From the IMG/VR virus record IMGVR_UViG_3300046171_000308: a stretch of 64,000 nucleotides of DNA, one strand, 5' to 3'. Positions within the stretch are counted from its first letter, which is position 1, and each line of letters starts with the position of its first letter. The notes beneath the pieces were generated by a model that made no database searches, was not told the DNA's origin, and was given only the letters and a program-made list of their open reading frames with translations. The translations under genes and the position numbers were made by a program. Positions 47,943 through 58,468 of the stretch are shown here, piece by piece. The DNA is from an uncultured virus (IMG/VR IMGVR_UViG_3300046171_000308) (Duplodnaviria; Heunggongvirae; Uroviricota; Caudoviricetes).

Positions 47943-48357
47943 CTGGCTAAAATCAGCTTGTGGAGGTTTCTTTTTATTTATTTTAGGTAAAAAACGTTAT
48001 ACTGCATTATAAATTCATATGAATAATTATCATTTACGTTGAACGCCTCCAGAGGCTGCTGGCGTAAATTGTGATTTTGTGTAAATGAGCTCAAAATTAT
48101 TATTGCCTAAACGCTGTACGTAATTACTTACTAACTGTACTAATTCGCATATGGGTGGTATCGCAACCACCCACACTCCGACAGAGAATTATAATTTCAT
48201 CATTATAACACGTGTCATAATAATAATTTACAAGGTTCTCCGGTGTGTCGAAGTTTGAACTCGGCTACCCAATCTTTTTTGTCAAATTTAATGAAATATA
48301 ATTTAATCGGAAAATCCCCGGAATCTTGATAAGCCGTTTGCTATACCCTCGGGTTCC

Positions 48358-48489
48358 ATGCAGACGAAATTGACGAATTATCACGCGAAGTATACACAGA
48401 CTACCCTGAACGCTTTCATGCCAGAGCTACCGCCGCCAAAAGTATCAGTTGTAGAAGGTCTAGCGCAACAAATGAAGCGTACACAGTAA
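48358..48489 (+). CDS. 43-aa micro-protein with two PIP-box-like motifs
   Basis: Hand translation MQTKLTNYHAKYTQTTLNAFMPELPPPKVSVVEGLAQQMKRTQ; TTGATAA about 25 nt upstream. Confidence 0.5.
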   Translation: MQTKLTNYHAKYTQTTLNAFMPELPPPKVSVVEGLAQQMKRTQ

Positions 48490-48526
48490 GAGCTAGGTTA
48501 ATAGTCACTATGAACCTAGTAGCATC

Positions 48527-48736
48527 ATGGCGAAAACCCCGTCTATAAGCTCCTTACGCTCAAAAGAGTGGACTTTATCTGCGAAGATAAAGACGCTTTC
48601 TGAGAGTTATACCAGGCGTAAACGGCACTTAGTTACGGAGAAGGAACGCCTAGAAGCACTACGTGATGAAATAATGCAGTTAAGAGTAGAGCATCAAGAA
48701 TTAAGAGAAGAAATAAAAGAACTAGAGGGATATTAA
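48527..48736 (+). CDS. Small coiled-coil protein
   Basis: 69-aa ORF, TTAATA about 25 nt upstream. Confidence 0.65.
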   Translation: MAKTPSISSLRSKEWTLSAKIKTLSESYTRRKRHLVTEKERLEALRDEIMQLRVEHQELREEIKELEGY

Positions 48737-48908
48737 TGGCAATAAAAAAATTTGAAAAAGAACAGTTAGACTGGTGGTGCAATCATTACCGCATTTGCTT
48801 AAGAGACTTAGCTAAAAGAACGAGACAATACCTAAACGGAAATTTAGACAGAGGGGTCTTACTCGCGTTTTTAGACGGTATGGATTCAAGTGCCGGAGAT
48901 GAGTACTA

Positions 48909-49307
48909 ATGTCAACAGATATGTGGGCCGTTTTGATTGCGGTTATTTTTATTCACATGATAGCGTTTCTAATCATTGGCTTTCAAGTAATTAACTTATT
49001 AGAAGAAATAGCGTTCCCATCAGATGACCCTATCATGACTTCTACATTAGACGGTTTTACTGATATGGACGGCTTTACTGATATAGATGAAGAAGTTCCA
49101 AACATTGACCCCAATCACGGCTATGACCTTGACTATATAGAAGAAGCTGAGAAAGAGATTGCGGAAGATGAAAAGACTTCCTTTGTTACCGTAAATCAAC
49201 TTAGACGTATGAAGAAGAACGAATTGATTGGTCTTTGTGGTTCAATGGGGCTTGATACTGACGGTACCAAGAACGATTTAGTTGATAGAATCTCTAAAAA
49301 TCAATAA
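48909..49307 (+). CDS. Membrane-anchored SAP-domain protein
   Basis: N-terminal TM; C-terminal MKKNELIGLC..MGLDTDGTKNDLVDRI. Confidence 0.75.
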   Translation: MSTDMWAVLIAVIFIHMIAFLIIGFQVINLLEEIAFPSDDPIMTSTLDGFTDMDGFTDIDEEVPNIDPNHGYDLDYIEEAEKEIAEDEKTSFVTVNQLRRMKKNELIGLCGSMGLDTDGTKNDLVDRISKNQ

Positions 49308-49507
49308 AAAGGGTACCTTTATAGTCTGCCTGAACCTGGCAGACATGAGAATCATGAATAAAAAACTGCTACATATTGTTAAAGACGGTGTTATAACTAG
49401 TACCATTTCTTTTAGCACTAAAAAAGAATTAGCTGCATTTGCGAAAGAAATAAAAGGTCTATCTAACCTAGGTTATACTTTAGCCGTTAGCCAAACAGGT
49501 GAAATTA

Positions 49508-50440
49508 ATGGCTGAAGGCTTAGAAGTAGCAAATGGTAGACGCTGGGAAAATAATCATATTAGCCCATCCAAACTTGACTTATGGTCGAAATGTAGTGCA
49601 GCGTTTTGGTTTAGATATGTAATGCGCATCAGGAAGCCCGGCAAGGTTTGGCTACCACAAGGAACTGCAGTTCACGCTGGTGTAGAACATCTCCTAAATG
49701 ACCTGTCTGCGGGAATCCAGCGTGATAAGGAATACTATGAGCTTATGGCAGAAGTTGCTTGGGATGAGCAGGTAGATAGAAGCCACGGAGTAGTGTACGA
49801 TAAGAAAGGTAATCCAATGAATTCAATTCAAATCGAAGGAGCAGTAGAAGAAGCAAAATACTGGTTCAACGGATTCTATGACTCTTTACAGAACGGTGGT
49901 ACTATTGACGGCTTCGACCCTCGCACAGTTACAGAGACAGAGGTAGATGCCATCCGTAAAGTCGATTGGGGGCCAGCAGGAGGGCCTGAAACCTATATCA
50001 GAGGTTACATAGACTGGGTAGTAGATACAAGTGGACCGATTGCTAAACTAGCAGACCTAAAAACTAGTAATCCTAATCGTCGTTGGGGCTGGTCGGATAA
50101 GAAAGCAGATGCACAACTACAAGCAACTGCTTACGGTTACTTGTCTGGAAAACCTGCCGACTTTGATTATATCATTATCCCTAAAGAAGAGATATTTACT
50201 GCATCGGGAGTGCGTAAAAGTAATCCTACTCCGGTAAAACCTTATCGAGCTACTACGCGACGCACAGAGATTCATTATGAAGCATTTCTAAGCCGTCTTC
50301 GAGCCTTTGTCAGAGATACGGATTTGCATAATGATTACGCTGACTTTAAGCCATGGCCGAATCAAAAGCCAACTAACTATGGCTGGTGCGATAACTTGTG
50401 TGACTATAAAGAAGAATGCCAATCACACTTCGGGGGTTAA
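49508..50440 (+). CDS. PD-(D/E)XK (RecB/Cas4-like) exonuclease
   Basis: ISPSKL...C, GTAVH, IRGYIDWV, ADLKT, QATAY, C-terminal CDNLCDYKEEC. Confidence 0.9.
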   Translation: MAEGLEVANGRRWENNHISPSKLDLWSKCSAAFWFRYVMRIRKPGKVWLPQGTAVHAGVEHLLNDLSAGIQRDKEYYELMAEVAWDEQVDRSHGVVYDKKGNPMNSIQIEGAVEEAKYWFNGFYDSLQNGGTIDGFDPRTVTETEVDAIRKVDWGPAGGPETYIRGYIDWVVDTSGPIAKLADLKTSNPNRRWGWSDKKADAQLQATAYGYLSGKPADFDYIIIPKEEIFTASGVRKSNPTPVKPYRATTRRTEIHYEAFLSRLRAFVRDTDLHNDYADFKPWPNQKPTNYGWCDNLCDYKEECQSHFGG

Positions 50441-50443
50441 ATT

Positions 50444-50683
50444 GTGATTTGGGACCCGTACTTTGGCTGGGATATTTATAGAATTAGGTCTATTTTCTTT
50501 TGGACGGTTACACTATGCCTTCTCACTTCTTTCGTTGCGTCAACTGAAGGGTTAGGATGGGCTTATCCTTATGAGAGCTTATACTCATGGGCACAGAGCC
50601 ATGTAGAGGCTGTGCTGATTGGATTTATTATGGTATTAACCAGTGGGTTTTACTATTGGAAAATACAAAGTGGTGATATATGA
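50444..50683 (+). CDS. Small membrane protein
   Basis: Two hydrophobic helices. Confidence 0.65.
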   Translation: MIWDPYFGWDIYRIRSIFFWTVTLCLLTSFVASTEGLGWAYPYESLYSWAQSHVEAVLIGFIMVLTSGFYYWKIQSGDI

Positions 50684-51285
50684 TGAAGGCAGTATTTTTG
50701 TGGAAAGAGAATGAAATACCTGGAGATATAAAAGAGATACTTCCAATATGTATAGAGAAAGCAAGAAGTATTGGTTGGAACGAAGAGTTGAAATTATTTT
50801 CGGAAGGATATGGACCAGGGAAATCCTGGGATGACCTGATAACTTTAGCTAGTTCTGGCAATCTGACAGGTGTCATATTGCATGATATACGCAAATGGCA
50901 CGGAAAGGGTCAGCTTCTGAAGGATAATCTAGCTTTATTCCAGAGAATGAAGATTCCCGTAGCTGTTGCTTTACTCGACTATGAAACTGTAAGCTTAGAT
51001 GTACTACAAGTAATAGCTGATTCTTCTAAGTATTATTCGCGCTTGCGCTCCCAGTCTATTAGAGTAGGGATGAAACAAAAGAAAGGAGGAAGGCCACCTT
51101 TTGGTATGACTTATGATGAAAATAGAAACTTGGTTCATAATCAAGATTGGCCTATTGTGCAACAAGTGTTTACCATGCACAAAAATGATTTACCTATCTC
51201 ACTAATAGCACAAAGAGTAAACCTAAAGCCAGCTAAGGTGAGAAATATAATCAAGACTCATGCAGAAAGGTTCAACCAAAGTTGA
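50680..51285 (+). CDS. Degenerate resolvase-like protein with C-terminal HTH
   Basis: SIRVGMK..GGRPPFG and an HTH; no RxS catalytic motif. Confidence 0.6.
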   Translation: MMKAVFLWKENEIPGDIKEILPICIEKARSIGWNEELKLFSEGYGPGKSWDDLITLASSGNLTGVILHDIRKWHGKGQLLKDNLALFQRMKIPVAVALLDYETVSLDVLQVIADSSKYYSRLRSQSIRVGMKQKKGGRPPFGMTYDENRNLVHNQDWPIVQQVFTMHKNDLPISLIAQRVNLKPAKVRNIIKTHAERFNQS

Positions 51286-52120
51286 AGAACAGGCCATCGG
51301 CCCCTCTGCGGTCGGCTCTAATTGCGCGACGCCTACGAGTAGTACGAGATAGTGCATATAGCAGACCCATTCCTAATGCGGCAGCAGTAAGGTGAGAGAT
51401 TGTTGGTCCAACTATTCCCCTAGCTTCTTTAACAAACGAAGCATCTCCGCCGACCTTTAGTTCTCCTGTAAGAGATTGATATTCTTTCAAAACGTTCTTT
51501 AGTTCGTCATTAAGAACTGTTCCATCGCTACGCAGACGATTAACCTCTGCTTCATAATTAGTAACCATTGCTTTGGTAGTAGCAACATCACTTTCTATTA
51601 TGGCTATTCTACTTGGTTCATGCATTCTAAGTGCCTCCATGTACTCGTAATTAAGCAGCAAGCCTTCTTTGTATCTTAGTGCTGCTTGCGCATCATACAG
51701 CAAGGTTTCTAATGAGCGTATTTGAGTGTTTAGAACCCCTATAGCATTGATTATTTTTTCTCCCTCACCTTGTTTTGCTCCTAATCGGTTTAGTTTTTGG
51801 CTTGTAGTGTCGTCGTAACCAACACTCCATTCAACAGGAGCAATCATCATAGTTGATTCTTGAAATGGTTGGCTGTTGCGACCATATTTTTTGATATAGT
51901 TTTCTTTATACTTCTCAATCCTTTTCGCCATCGGTACTTCTATTTCTGATTGTACCGTCTCAGCCCACATCACTTCATCTCTTGGGCTAGGAGCTTTCTT
52001 ATCATAGCCAGGTTGCCATTCCCATGGGTCGTTACTCATCGACTCTATAACAGAATCAACAGGATAAATAGGAACGTCACCATTTTGGTATTTGCTCATT
52101 ATTGTGTTATGATTGCTCAT
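51272..52120 (-). CDS. Coiled-coil protein with C-terminal TM and basic tail
   Basis: LTAAALGMGLLYALSRTTRRRR. Confidence 0.75.
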   Translation of the reverse strand: MSNHNTIMSKYQNGDVPIYPVDSVIESMSNDPWEWQPGYDKKAPSPRDEVMWAETVQSEIEVPMAKRIEKYKENYIKKYGRNSQPFQESTMMIAPVEWSVGYDDTTSQKLNRLGAKQGEGEKIINAIGVLNTQIRSLETLLYDAQAALRYKEGLLLNYEYMEALRMHEPSRIAIIESDVATTKAMVTNYEAEVNRLRSDGTVLNDELKNVLKEYQSLTGELKVGGDASFVKEARGIVGPTISHLTAAALGMGLLYALSRTTRRRRAIRADRRGADGLFFNFG

Positions 52121-52121
52121 A

Positions 52122-52700
52122 TTATCGTCCTCCCATCAATTTCTTATATGCATAAGAGATACCAGCGACTGTGTAGCACCCTATAGCTGCATTGACGTAC
52201 GTGCGGTCGCTCAGACCAAAGGGGTCAACGATGCGATTACGCGCTTGTGTTTTTTGAATAAAGTTGTTTTTAGCCCCTCGTGCACCTAGTAAGCCGCTTC
52301 CGACCATAGTGGCGACACCGCGCAATGTAGTACCAAAACTATTGTACTTTCCATTGACAACCACATTAACAATAACGCTTCCGATTCCATACGCTATTTT
52401 ACCGGCTTCTATCCTCCAACTATAGTCATCACCTCCGTTTGCAAGTGTGCCTAGCTTGTATGCTCCGTTTGTCCCAGCGAATGGAGCAAGAATATGGGCA
52501 TTTAACCAAACTGCATTCTTAGCATATGGCGCAGCTATTTCTATCACTTCCCCAGCTGTGTCTCGAATACCATTTACTTGGCTAGCGACTTTCATAGCAG
52601 TACCCAACATTTCTTCATCTCCGCCTATTGGTATTTCTCCGTCAAACTCATCTGCTCTCCATCTGTGAATGACCTTTACCTCTTTAGCATTTCTTCGCAT
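52122..52700 (-). CDS. Putative membrane protein
   Basis: Gly/Ala-rich hydrophobic segments. Confidence 0.7.
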   Translation of the reverse strand: MRRNAKEVKVIHRWRADEFDGEIPIGGDEEMLGTAMKVASQVNGIRDTAGEVIEIAAPYAKNAVWLNAHILAPFAGTNGAYKLGTLANGGDDYSWRIEAGKIAYGIGSVIVNVVVNGKYNSFGTTLRGVATMVGSGLLGARGAKNNFIQKTQARNRIVDPFGLSDRTYVNAAIGCYTVAGISYAYKKLMGGR

Positions 52701-52702
52701 AC

Positions 52703-52951
52703 CTATCCCACAAGGTTCTGAGCTCTATACAACACAACTGCACCAATTAGCCCAGCACCTACTTGCAATGCAAACTTAGGGGCTTTGAAAATTGATTCTA
52801 TCTCAAAAAGTGCCTTTTCAAGACCCGGAGCTCCCAAACCGTAATAAAGTAATGTAGCTCCAGCAGCGAATGCTAAACCAGCGTCTGGCTTAATTACGAC
52901 ACCGCTTAGGTTCGGATTTTTCATGGCAGTCGGTATATTCTTGTTCAGCAT
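52703..52951 (-). CDS. Small membrane protein
   Basis: Two hydrophobic helices. Confidence 0.7.
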   Translation of the reverse strand: MLNKNIPTAMKNPNLSGVVIKPDAGLAFAAGATLLYYGLGAPGLEKALFEIESIFKAPKFALQVGAGLIGAVVLYRAQNLVG

Positions 52952-52990
52952 TGTGTCACCCCAGGTAGTCTCTCGTCTTAGTAGTTTTCA

Positions 52991-55900
52991 TTATTCAGGT
53001 AATCCCTTGTATCTAGTTGTTCCTCTAACCCCTTTGATTAGTTGATAGCCTACAAACGCAGAAGTTGTAGCAGCAATGAAGAGAGATACGCCAGTAGATA
53101 GGTTTGCGCTCCCTCCTCTAACAAAGCGATTTATGGTAGTATCAACAGCAGCACTTTCCATTGATAAATTACCTGATGGTCTATTACCGTAGACTCTGCC
53201 ACTGATGCCGTTAGTCCTAACAGGTATACGAAGGAAAGAACGAGAGTAATTCTTATCGAACATAAAATGAGGTTGTATAACGCACGTGTCAAACAATGTT
53301 TTGTAGAAGACGTCTCCATAGTTGTTTTGTAGTTTTCCTGTGAGACTAGCAGTTAGGCCCTTCTCTGGGATTTCTGGAAAGCCTCCTATAGAATTCATAA
53401 ATGGATTGACAACACTGCCTCGTGACCCTTGCCACTTTACATTAAACTCTGGAACATCAAACACCGGCATTTCAGTCATCCCATCTAAAACCTTCAAGTT
53501 GGATAATACTTGATGGATGTTGCTTATATCTTGCAAGTCGTTCATAGGTGTAGTGTATACGGTAATAGGTGTTGAAGAAGCAAGCACAGAGTCTACTATT
53601 ATGTCTACTCGCTGCTTTAATTTATAATCCATACACCAAGACGGATAACTTCGATTAGAAGAGGAAGTGTCAGTATACAAATGATAAGAATTGAAGTAAT
53701 TTAATGCACCGAGAATAGCCATATAGTCGTAAAACTCATCGTTGAAAGTATCAATGTTCCTGTAAGGCATTATGTAAGAAATCTCGGGCGCATTTTCTGG
53801 TGGTTTTTTGAATACTAAACTTAGATAAGCGTCTTCTATAATACTCTTCGGGCTTGTTAAGAACAAGCTCTCTGTTCGATTAAATAAAAATTTGTAAAGA
53901 GGTTCTAGCTTATTTAGTAAATCAGTAGTCCTAAACCCAGAGTCGTCTCTATACTCTGGCCAATGTTGCTCTAGGGTTTGCTGGTTACCATATATACCAT
54001 TGCGACTTCCTACCTGTCTGAATTCATACCACCCAGAGTTTGATATGCTGTTTACTTTGTTTAGTAACTCTACTATCTGCGCTGGGACTGTTTTGGTCCA
54101 TTCAATTATTTTGTCGGTTCCACTTTGTGGGAATGCTATGACTTTTAATTGACTGGCGTGTAAAGTATTCTTAGCGTTGAATACCTGCCTGTCACTGTTT
54201 TTTACATAGAGTGGGTGTCCAACACTATTAATTCCCGCGGCATAATGTAAATGAGAAATATTAGGAGAGAAACTATTTACTCCAAAATACTTTTTATTCT
54301 CTAAAGAATCTACAACAAGAAATTCTCCCATTTTAGTACTAGCTGTCAAAGAATTAGGATAGCCTGCTATTTTCAGTCCAGCTGCTGCTATTCTAGCGTC
54401 GTCCTGCACATCAAGTCCGTGCTGCCATGCACTTTCTGCAACATAAACATAGTTGTACATACTCTTTTGCGTATTGTTAAACCACTGCTTGACGCTTTCA
54501 TCTTCCATTACTTTAGCTTCGTAAGAATCTTGTATGCTACGAGGGAGTGCTTCGTTAGCACCAGGAGTATAGATAGGAACATCTGGTAAGTAAGAAGCAA
54601 TAATAGAAAGGCTGCTATCCCTATCGCCTTCTATCCTTGCTATTGTTACTCTATTCTCTGCTGATGTTGGAACTCCTCCGGTTTTCAAGTCTGCTTTGTA
54701 AAGATAAACAACATGACTAGTTCCTCCATTCAACGCAATTGGTACTATTCTATGAGATAAATTATGTACCCAGTACGCTTTTGGCGTTACCCCGCGCAAA
54801 GCCTGAGCGTAGAAGAGTATAATCTGAGAGACGTCAACGAAGTTAGAAGGACTAACTGTGTTACTACCTCTTAATGGTGGTATTTGTATATGCAAAATTC
54901 CAGGGTTAATAGTTATACCTAGCTTTGACTTAACTGCTAAATATATTGCTGCTTGAAGCCTCCAATTACTGTTTGTCAGTTTGAGTAGCTCCCAAATACT
55001 TTCATTATGATATGTGACGTAAGTTAAGTCGTCTCCTTCCAGGTCCAATAATTCGCTCGAGAGCCTAGCTACTGCACCTTCTGCCATCCTTTTTTCTTCG
55101 GTTTTGAATTGCCACTGATTATATTTAGCCCAAAAGACATTAGTATTAATCGCAGGCAGACTTGCCATAACTCCCATTGGCTTCATTGGTAATTCTATGT
55201 TACGCGGGATGTCGTCTCCTACTTGAAGGTCGTAATCTAATGCCCTTAGTCTAGACAGTAAATAGCTATTGGCGTTATTAAGTATGTTCATAGTATGACC
55301 TGATGTAATCACCGGGCGGGTGCTGGCAGGCGGGTCGTGAGAAAACATCGACGGTCGTTCTAGGGAGTTAATGTCACGCTGCAGTGCTATTACTCTAGCT
55401 TGCATATCAGCTATTTCTTGCTGCTTGGCTGCTCGTATTGATGGAGTTATTCCATCTAGAGCGTCGAATATAGATTCGAAAGCGGCATCATCACCGGATT
55501 CTGGTACTAGCCCCAAAACATTTTGTTTCCAGTTTCCTCCATCTATGTCTTGCTTATACATATCGTAAAGAGCACACATGATAAAGAAGGTATATTCATT
55601 AACATTGTTTTGCCCATTTAGAGTTTTATTGATATCGGGTAAAACAGTAGCAGGATAGTTAAGTTGGTACCAGATTTTAATTGAATTATGAAATGCAGTA
55701 AAAACGTCTCCCGTTGGTGGGTCACCACTTAACAAAGCGCGTCCAGCTAACATACATAGCTGCTTAGCATAAGAGCTAGCCTCGTCTCTACGCTGTTTTG
55801 TTCTTTTAGCACTAGTAAGTATATTGTTAAGGTGATATTCGTTAATAGCCAACTGACGCATACCATACCCATGACTATTGGTTTCGAAGTCTGCTGTTAT

Positions 55901-56191
55901 CTTAATAACAGATACCGGGATATCTAGAGTAAAATCATTAAAGAGTCCTTCTAAATAATTTTCGCCATAAGCTTTACTAAACCAACCTCTTAAGTCGTGG
56001 TCTTCTGGTCGTACTTTATCTTGTACGTCAAATCCAGGGTCTTCGTTGCCACCGCTTAGGTAATACAAGGTAAGTGCATACGAGCTATTAGCAAGAGCTA
56101 GTTGTTCATCTTGCAGATTCTTTAACGCAGTAATCTCTGTAAGAGTCTGCGACTTCCTTATTGGAAATACCAAATCTGCTTCGGTCTTCAA
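52991..56191 (-). CDS. Large hypothetical protein with C-terminal TM (possible virion protein)
   Basis: 1066-aa ORF; C-terminal GVSLFIAATTSAFVGYQLI. Confidence 0.8.
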   Translation of the reverse strand: MKTEADLVFPIRKSQTLTEITALKNLQDEQLALANSSYALTLYYLSGGNEDPGFDVQDKVRPEDHDLRGWFSKAYGENYLEGLFNDFTLDIPVSVIKITADFETNSHGYGMRQLAINEYHLNNILTSAKRTKQRRDEASSYAKQLCMLAGRALLSGDPPTGDVFTAFHNSIKIWYQLNYPATVLPDINKTLNGQNNVNEYTFFIMCALYDMYKQDIDGGNWKQNVLGLVPESGDDAAFESIFDALDGITPSIRAAKQQEIADMQARVIALQRDINSLERPSMFSHDPPASTRPVITSGHTMNILNNANSYLLSRLRALDYDLQVGDDIPRNIELPMKPMGVMASLPAINTNVFWAKYNQWQFKTEEKRMAEGAVARLSSELLDLEGDDLTYVTYHNESIWELLKLTNSNWRLQAAIYLAVKSKLGITINPGILHIQIPPLRGSNTVSPSNFVDVSQIILFYAQALRGVTPKAYWVHNLSHRIVPIALNGGTSHVVYLYKADLKTGGVPTSAENRVTIARIEGDRDSSLSIIASYLPDVPIYTPGANEALPRSIQDSYEAKVMEDESVKQWFNNTQKSMYNYVYVAESAWQHGLDVQDDARIAAAGLKIAGYPNSLTASTKMGEFLVVDSLENKKYFGVNSFSPNISHLHYAAGINSVGHPLYVKNSDRQVFNAKNTLHASQLKVIAFPQSGTDKIIEWTKTVPAQIVELLNKVNSISNSGWYEFRQVGSRNGIYGNQQTLEQHWPEYRDDSGFRTTDLLNKLEPLYKFLFNRTESLFLTSPKSIIEDAYLSLVFKKPPENAPEISYIMPYRNIDTFNDEFYDYMAILGALNYFNSYHLYTDTSSSNRSYPSWCMDYKLKQRVDIIVDSVLASSTPITVYTTPMNDLQDISNIHQVLSNLKVLDGMTEMPVFDVPEFNVKWQGSRGSVVNPFMNSIGGFPEIPEKGLTASLTGKLQNNYGDVFYKTLFDTCVIQPHFMFDKNYSRSFLRIPVRTNGISGRVYGNRPSGNLSMESAAVDTTINRFVRGGSANLSTGVSLFIAATTSAFVGYQLIKGVRGTTRYKGLPE

Positions 56192-56201
56192 TTAACCACC
56201 C

Positions 56202-56945
56202 TCAAAATTGTTGAGGATAGCCTTGCGTGGGTTGTTGTCCCATCATTGGTTGCTGCCCCATTTGTTGTTGCTGTACTGGGGGTAAGCCTAAGCTCCCTCT
56301 AATTAATGAAGAACCAAAGCCTGCTATTGTGCTACCGATTCCTCTTTGGGGCATTTGTTGATGCATCATTTGTTGTTGGTACATTTGTTGTTGCATCATC
56401 TGCTGTTGCTGATTTTGCATCATCATTTGTTGTTGGTTATGTCCGTTCATCAACTGAATTGCTTGCATATCGTTTTGCTGAACTTCCATTTGCAGTTGTT
56501 GCGGTGGAATGACTTTAGCTAGTTGAGCATCAATAGTATCGCTTGTTATCGAGTTAAATTTAGTGTAGTCTTCATGTTCTTTATTGACTTTCACATTAGG
56601 AATCATGTCAGTATTAAACATGGCAAATATTTCTTTCCTAACTACCAAAGCAATTGTATTGATTAACTCTGGTATAAAGTTAGGATAGTGCAAAAAGAAT
56701 AATGAAACTTGATTAGGGTGAGCTGCCATCAATTGATACAGCAATTTCACTTGGTCTTCATTTTGCATTCCTTGGCCACCAGTCATTTGGTCAACCATAT
56801 TCATTCCCATGGCTGTTAAGCCAGATTCATTCGCTGCATTAGCGAATAGTTGTTTTTGTGCCTCTGTTGGTCCAGAACCAATCCCCGTTGGTGTAAGCGA
56901 CCCGGCATTATTACCATTATTAAATAGTCCCATACAGTAGCGCAA
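56202..56945 (-). CDS. Gln/Met-rich protein
   Basis: QQQMMMQNQQQ low-complexity C-terminus. Confidence 0.8.
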   Translation of the reverse strand: MRYCMGLFNNGNNAGSLTPTGIGSGPTEAQKQLFANAANESGLTAMGMNMVDQMTGGQGMQNEDQVKLLYQLMAAHPNQVSLFFLHYPNFIPELINTIALVVRKEIFAMFNTDMIPNVKVNKEHEDYTKFNSITSDTIDAQLAKVIPPQQLQMEVQQNDMQAIQLMNGHNQQQMMMQNQQQQMMQQQMYQQQMMHQQMPQRGIGSTIAGFGSSLIRGSLGLPPVQQQQMGQQPMMGQQPTQGYPQQF

Positions 56946-56974
56946 GGGCTATCTACACTTCAATGTTTCAGTCA

Positions 56975-57733
56975 TTAAGCGGATTGTTCTTCTTCTTCCT
57001 GGGCGGCCTTTTCTATCATTTGATAGTATTTATCTACACTCATATTACTCCCTAAAGTAGTATTTTGAGGCATAGAGTTAGCCAGTAATCTATTGTCAAA
57101 TACAATCATCGTAATATCGTTTTCCCCCGTAATAGGATTCTTGTAATGTATAATAGGCAAACCATCTCTTTGTGCTTCAATAAAGGCAGGAGTCCACTTT
57201 ACAATAAGAGGCGACTCTTCTTTCTTGGGGCCTTTCTTAATAGGTACAAATTTGACTCCCTTTTTGCGCATAGCTTTGAAGAATCCTCTCTCGTCTTCTT
57301 GGGCTTCTTGCTCCATCCATTCTTGAAGCAAATGGTAAAGTTGCATAGCCTGTGGACAATAAGTTCCATTCAACTGTCGCCCCTTACCTTCTGTAACTCC
57401 ACTCCATGGGCGGAATGGTCTTGGCTGCATGGTGGCTGGGTCTCTAAAATATTGATTGAACAAGTCTCCGTAATCCATATTTCTGCAGTCTACGCCAGTT
57501 ACTACGCATCTGAAAGGTGCATTAGCATATTTGTAACCAAAGAACCCTGTAAACCGTTTAACGGGCTTTAGCGTTTGTTGCGCTTTCTTGATATTCTGTC
57601 TTCTAGCCTTTACTGGGTCTGCGTGGGTACTAAAAGTAAATTCAATTACCGGCATTACTGCGTCCCAATCAACCCCACGATTCTGTGGCAACTGTCCCAT
57701 TAGTTCTGTCATTCTTTTGTCTCTTTCTGTCAT
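56975..57733 (-). CDS. Hypothetical protein in the GTPase cluster
   Basis: 252-aa ORF translationally coupled to the GTPase gene. Confidence 0.8.
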   Translation of the reverse strand: MTERDKRMTELMGQLPQNRGVDWDAVMPVIEFTFSTHADPVKARRQNIKKAQQTLKPVKRFTGFFGYKYANAPFRCVVTGVDCRNMDYGDLFNQYFRDPATMQPRPFRPWSGVTEGKGRQLNGTYCPQAMQLYHLLQEWMEQEAQEDERGFFKAMRKKGVKFVPIKKGPKKEESPLIVKWTPAFIEAQRDGLPIIHYKNPITGENDITMIVFDNRLLANSMPQNTTLGSNMSVDKYYQMIEKAAQEEEEQSA

Positions 57734-58467
57734 AAGTCATTAAACCCCCTCATTAAAGCATCTTCGACATTCCAGCCCACTGTAGCAGATATTGCATCTA
57801 CCCTCACTGGTATGTGCAGCTTTTGGAGTTGATATAAGCTTTCTTTGAATGGCTCAAATATAGCGTGTTCTGAAATTAGGCCTCGCTCCCACTGAGAGTA
57901 GCCATCCTCATCTAGCCACCTGTCAGCTTTATTAGCTAGGATAAGAATTCTTTTTGGCCGCCATTTACGAGCCCTAAATCTTGCTAGTATTCCGATACCT
58001 TTTGGTTTTCTGCCATTGACCAAGTAATCTGCTATGTAGCCAACTGCAACTTGGTTATCAGTGTTATTTCTATCTTCTAAATGTCTATGGTCTATTATAA
58101 CTACCAAGGTTTGAATCCGGCGCTTATACATATCTTGAATCCACATAGGCATGTATTGAGTATGGCCTCCTATGTCTCTAGAAACTAATGTCTTAGATAG
58201 CCCTTCTGACCTTACACGTTTGGTGGTCGACACCGGAAGATGATAGTGTTTTGAGAGCCACTTCTTTTTGTGATGTGTACGATGACGCTCATCTAGTGGC
58301 TCCACATATCCTTCTGTCATTAGTTGTTGGTCTAAGGTTGTTTTACCAGCCTCGGTAGCACCGTAGATTCCTACATTGTGTGTTACAAACTTTCCAGCCC
58401 AATCAACTACTTTCCAGAAACCGTGTGCTACTACGATAACACCTGCGCTCACTGGGTCAACCAACAT
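57730..58467 (-). CDS. Small GTPase (Arf/Ras superfamily-like)
   Basis: G1 GATEAGKT, G3 DIGG, G4 NKAD, G5 SAT; N-terminal hydrophobic/amphipathic segment. Confidence 0.85.
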   Translation of the reverse strand: MLVDPVSAGVIVVAHGFWKVVDWAGKFVTHNVGIYGATEAGKTTLDQQLMTEGYVEPLDERHRTHHKKKWLSKHYHLPVSTTKRVRSEGLSKTLVSRDIGGHTQYMPMWIQDMYKRRIQTLVVIIDHRHLEDRNNTDNQVAVGYIADYLVNGRKPKGIGILARFRARKWRPKRILILANKADRWLDEDGYSQWERGLISEHAIFEPFKESLYQLQKLHIPVRVDAISATVGWNVEDALMRGFNDL

Positions 58468-58468
58468 T

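Noticed and set aside
48152..48271. tRNA-like element (GGGTGGT...GTTTGAACTCGGCTACCCA)
   Set aside because: An acceptor-like pairing exists, but there is no D-loop GG, no canonical T-stem and no anticodon arm
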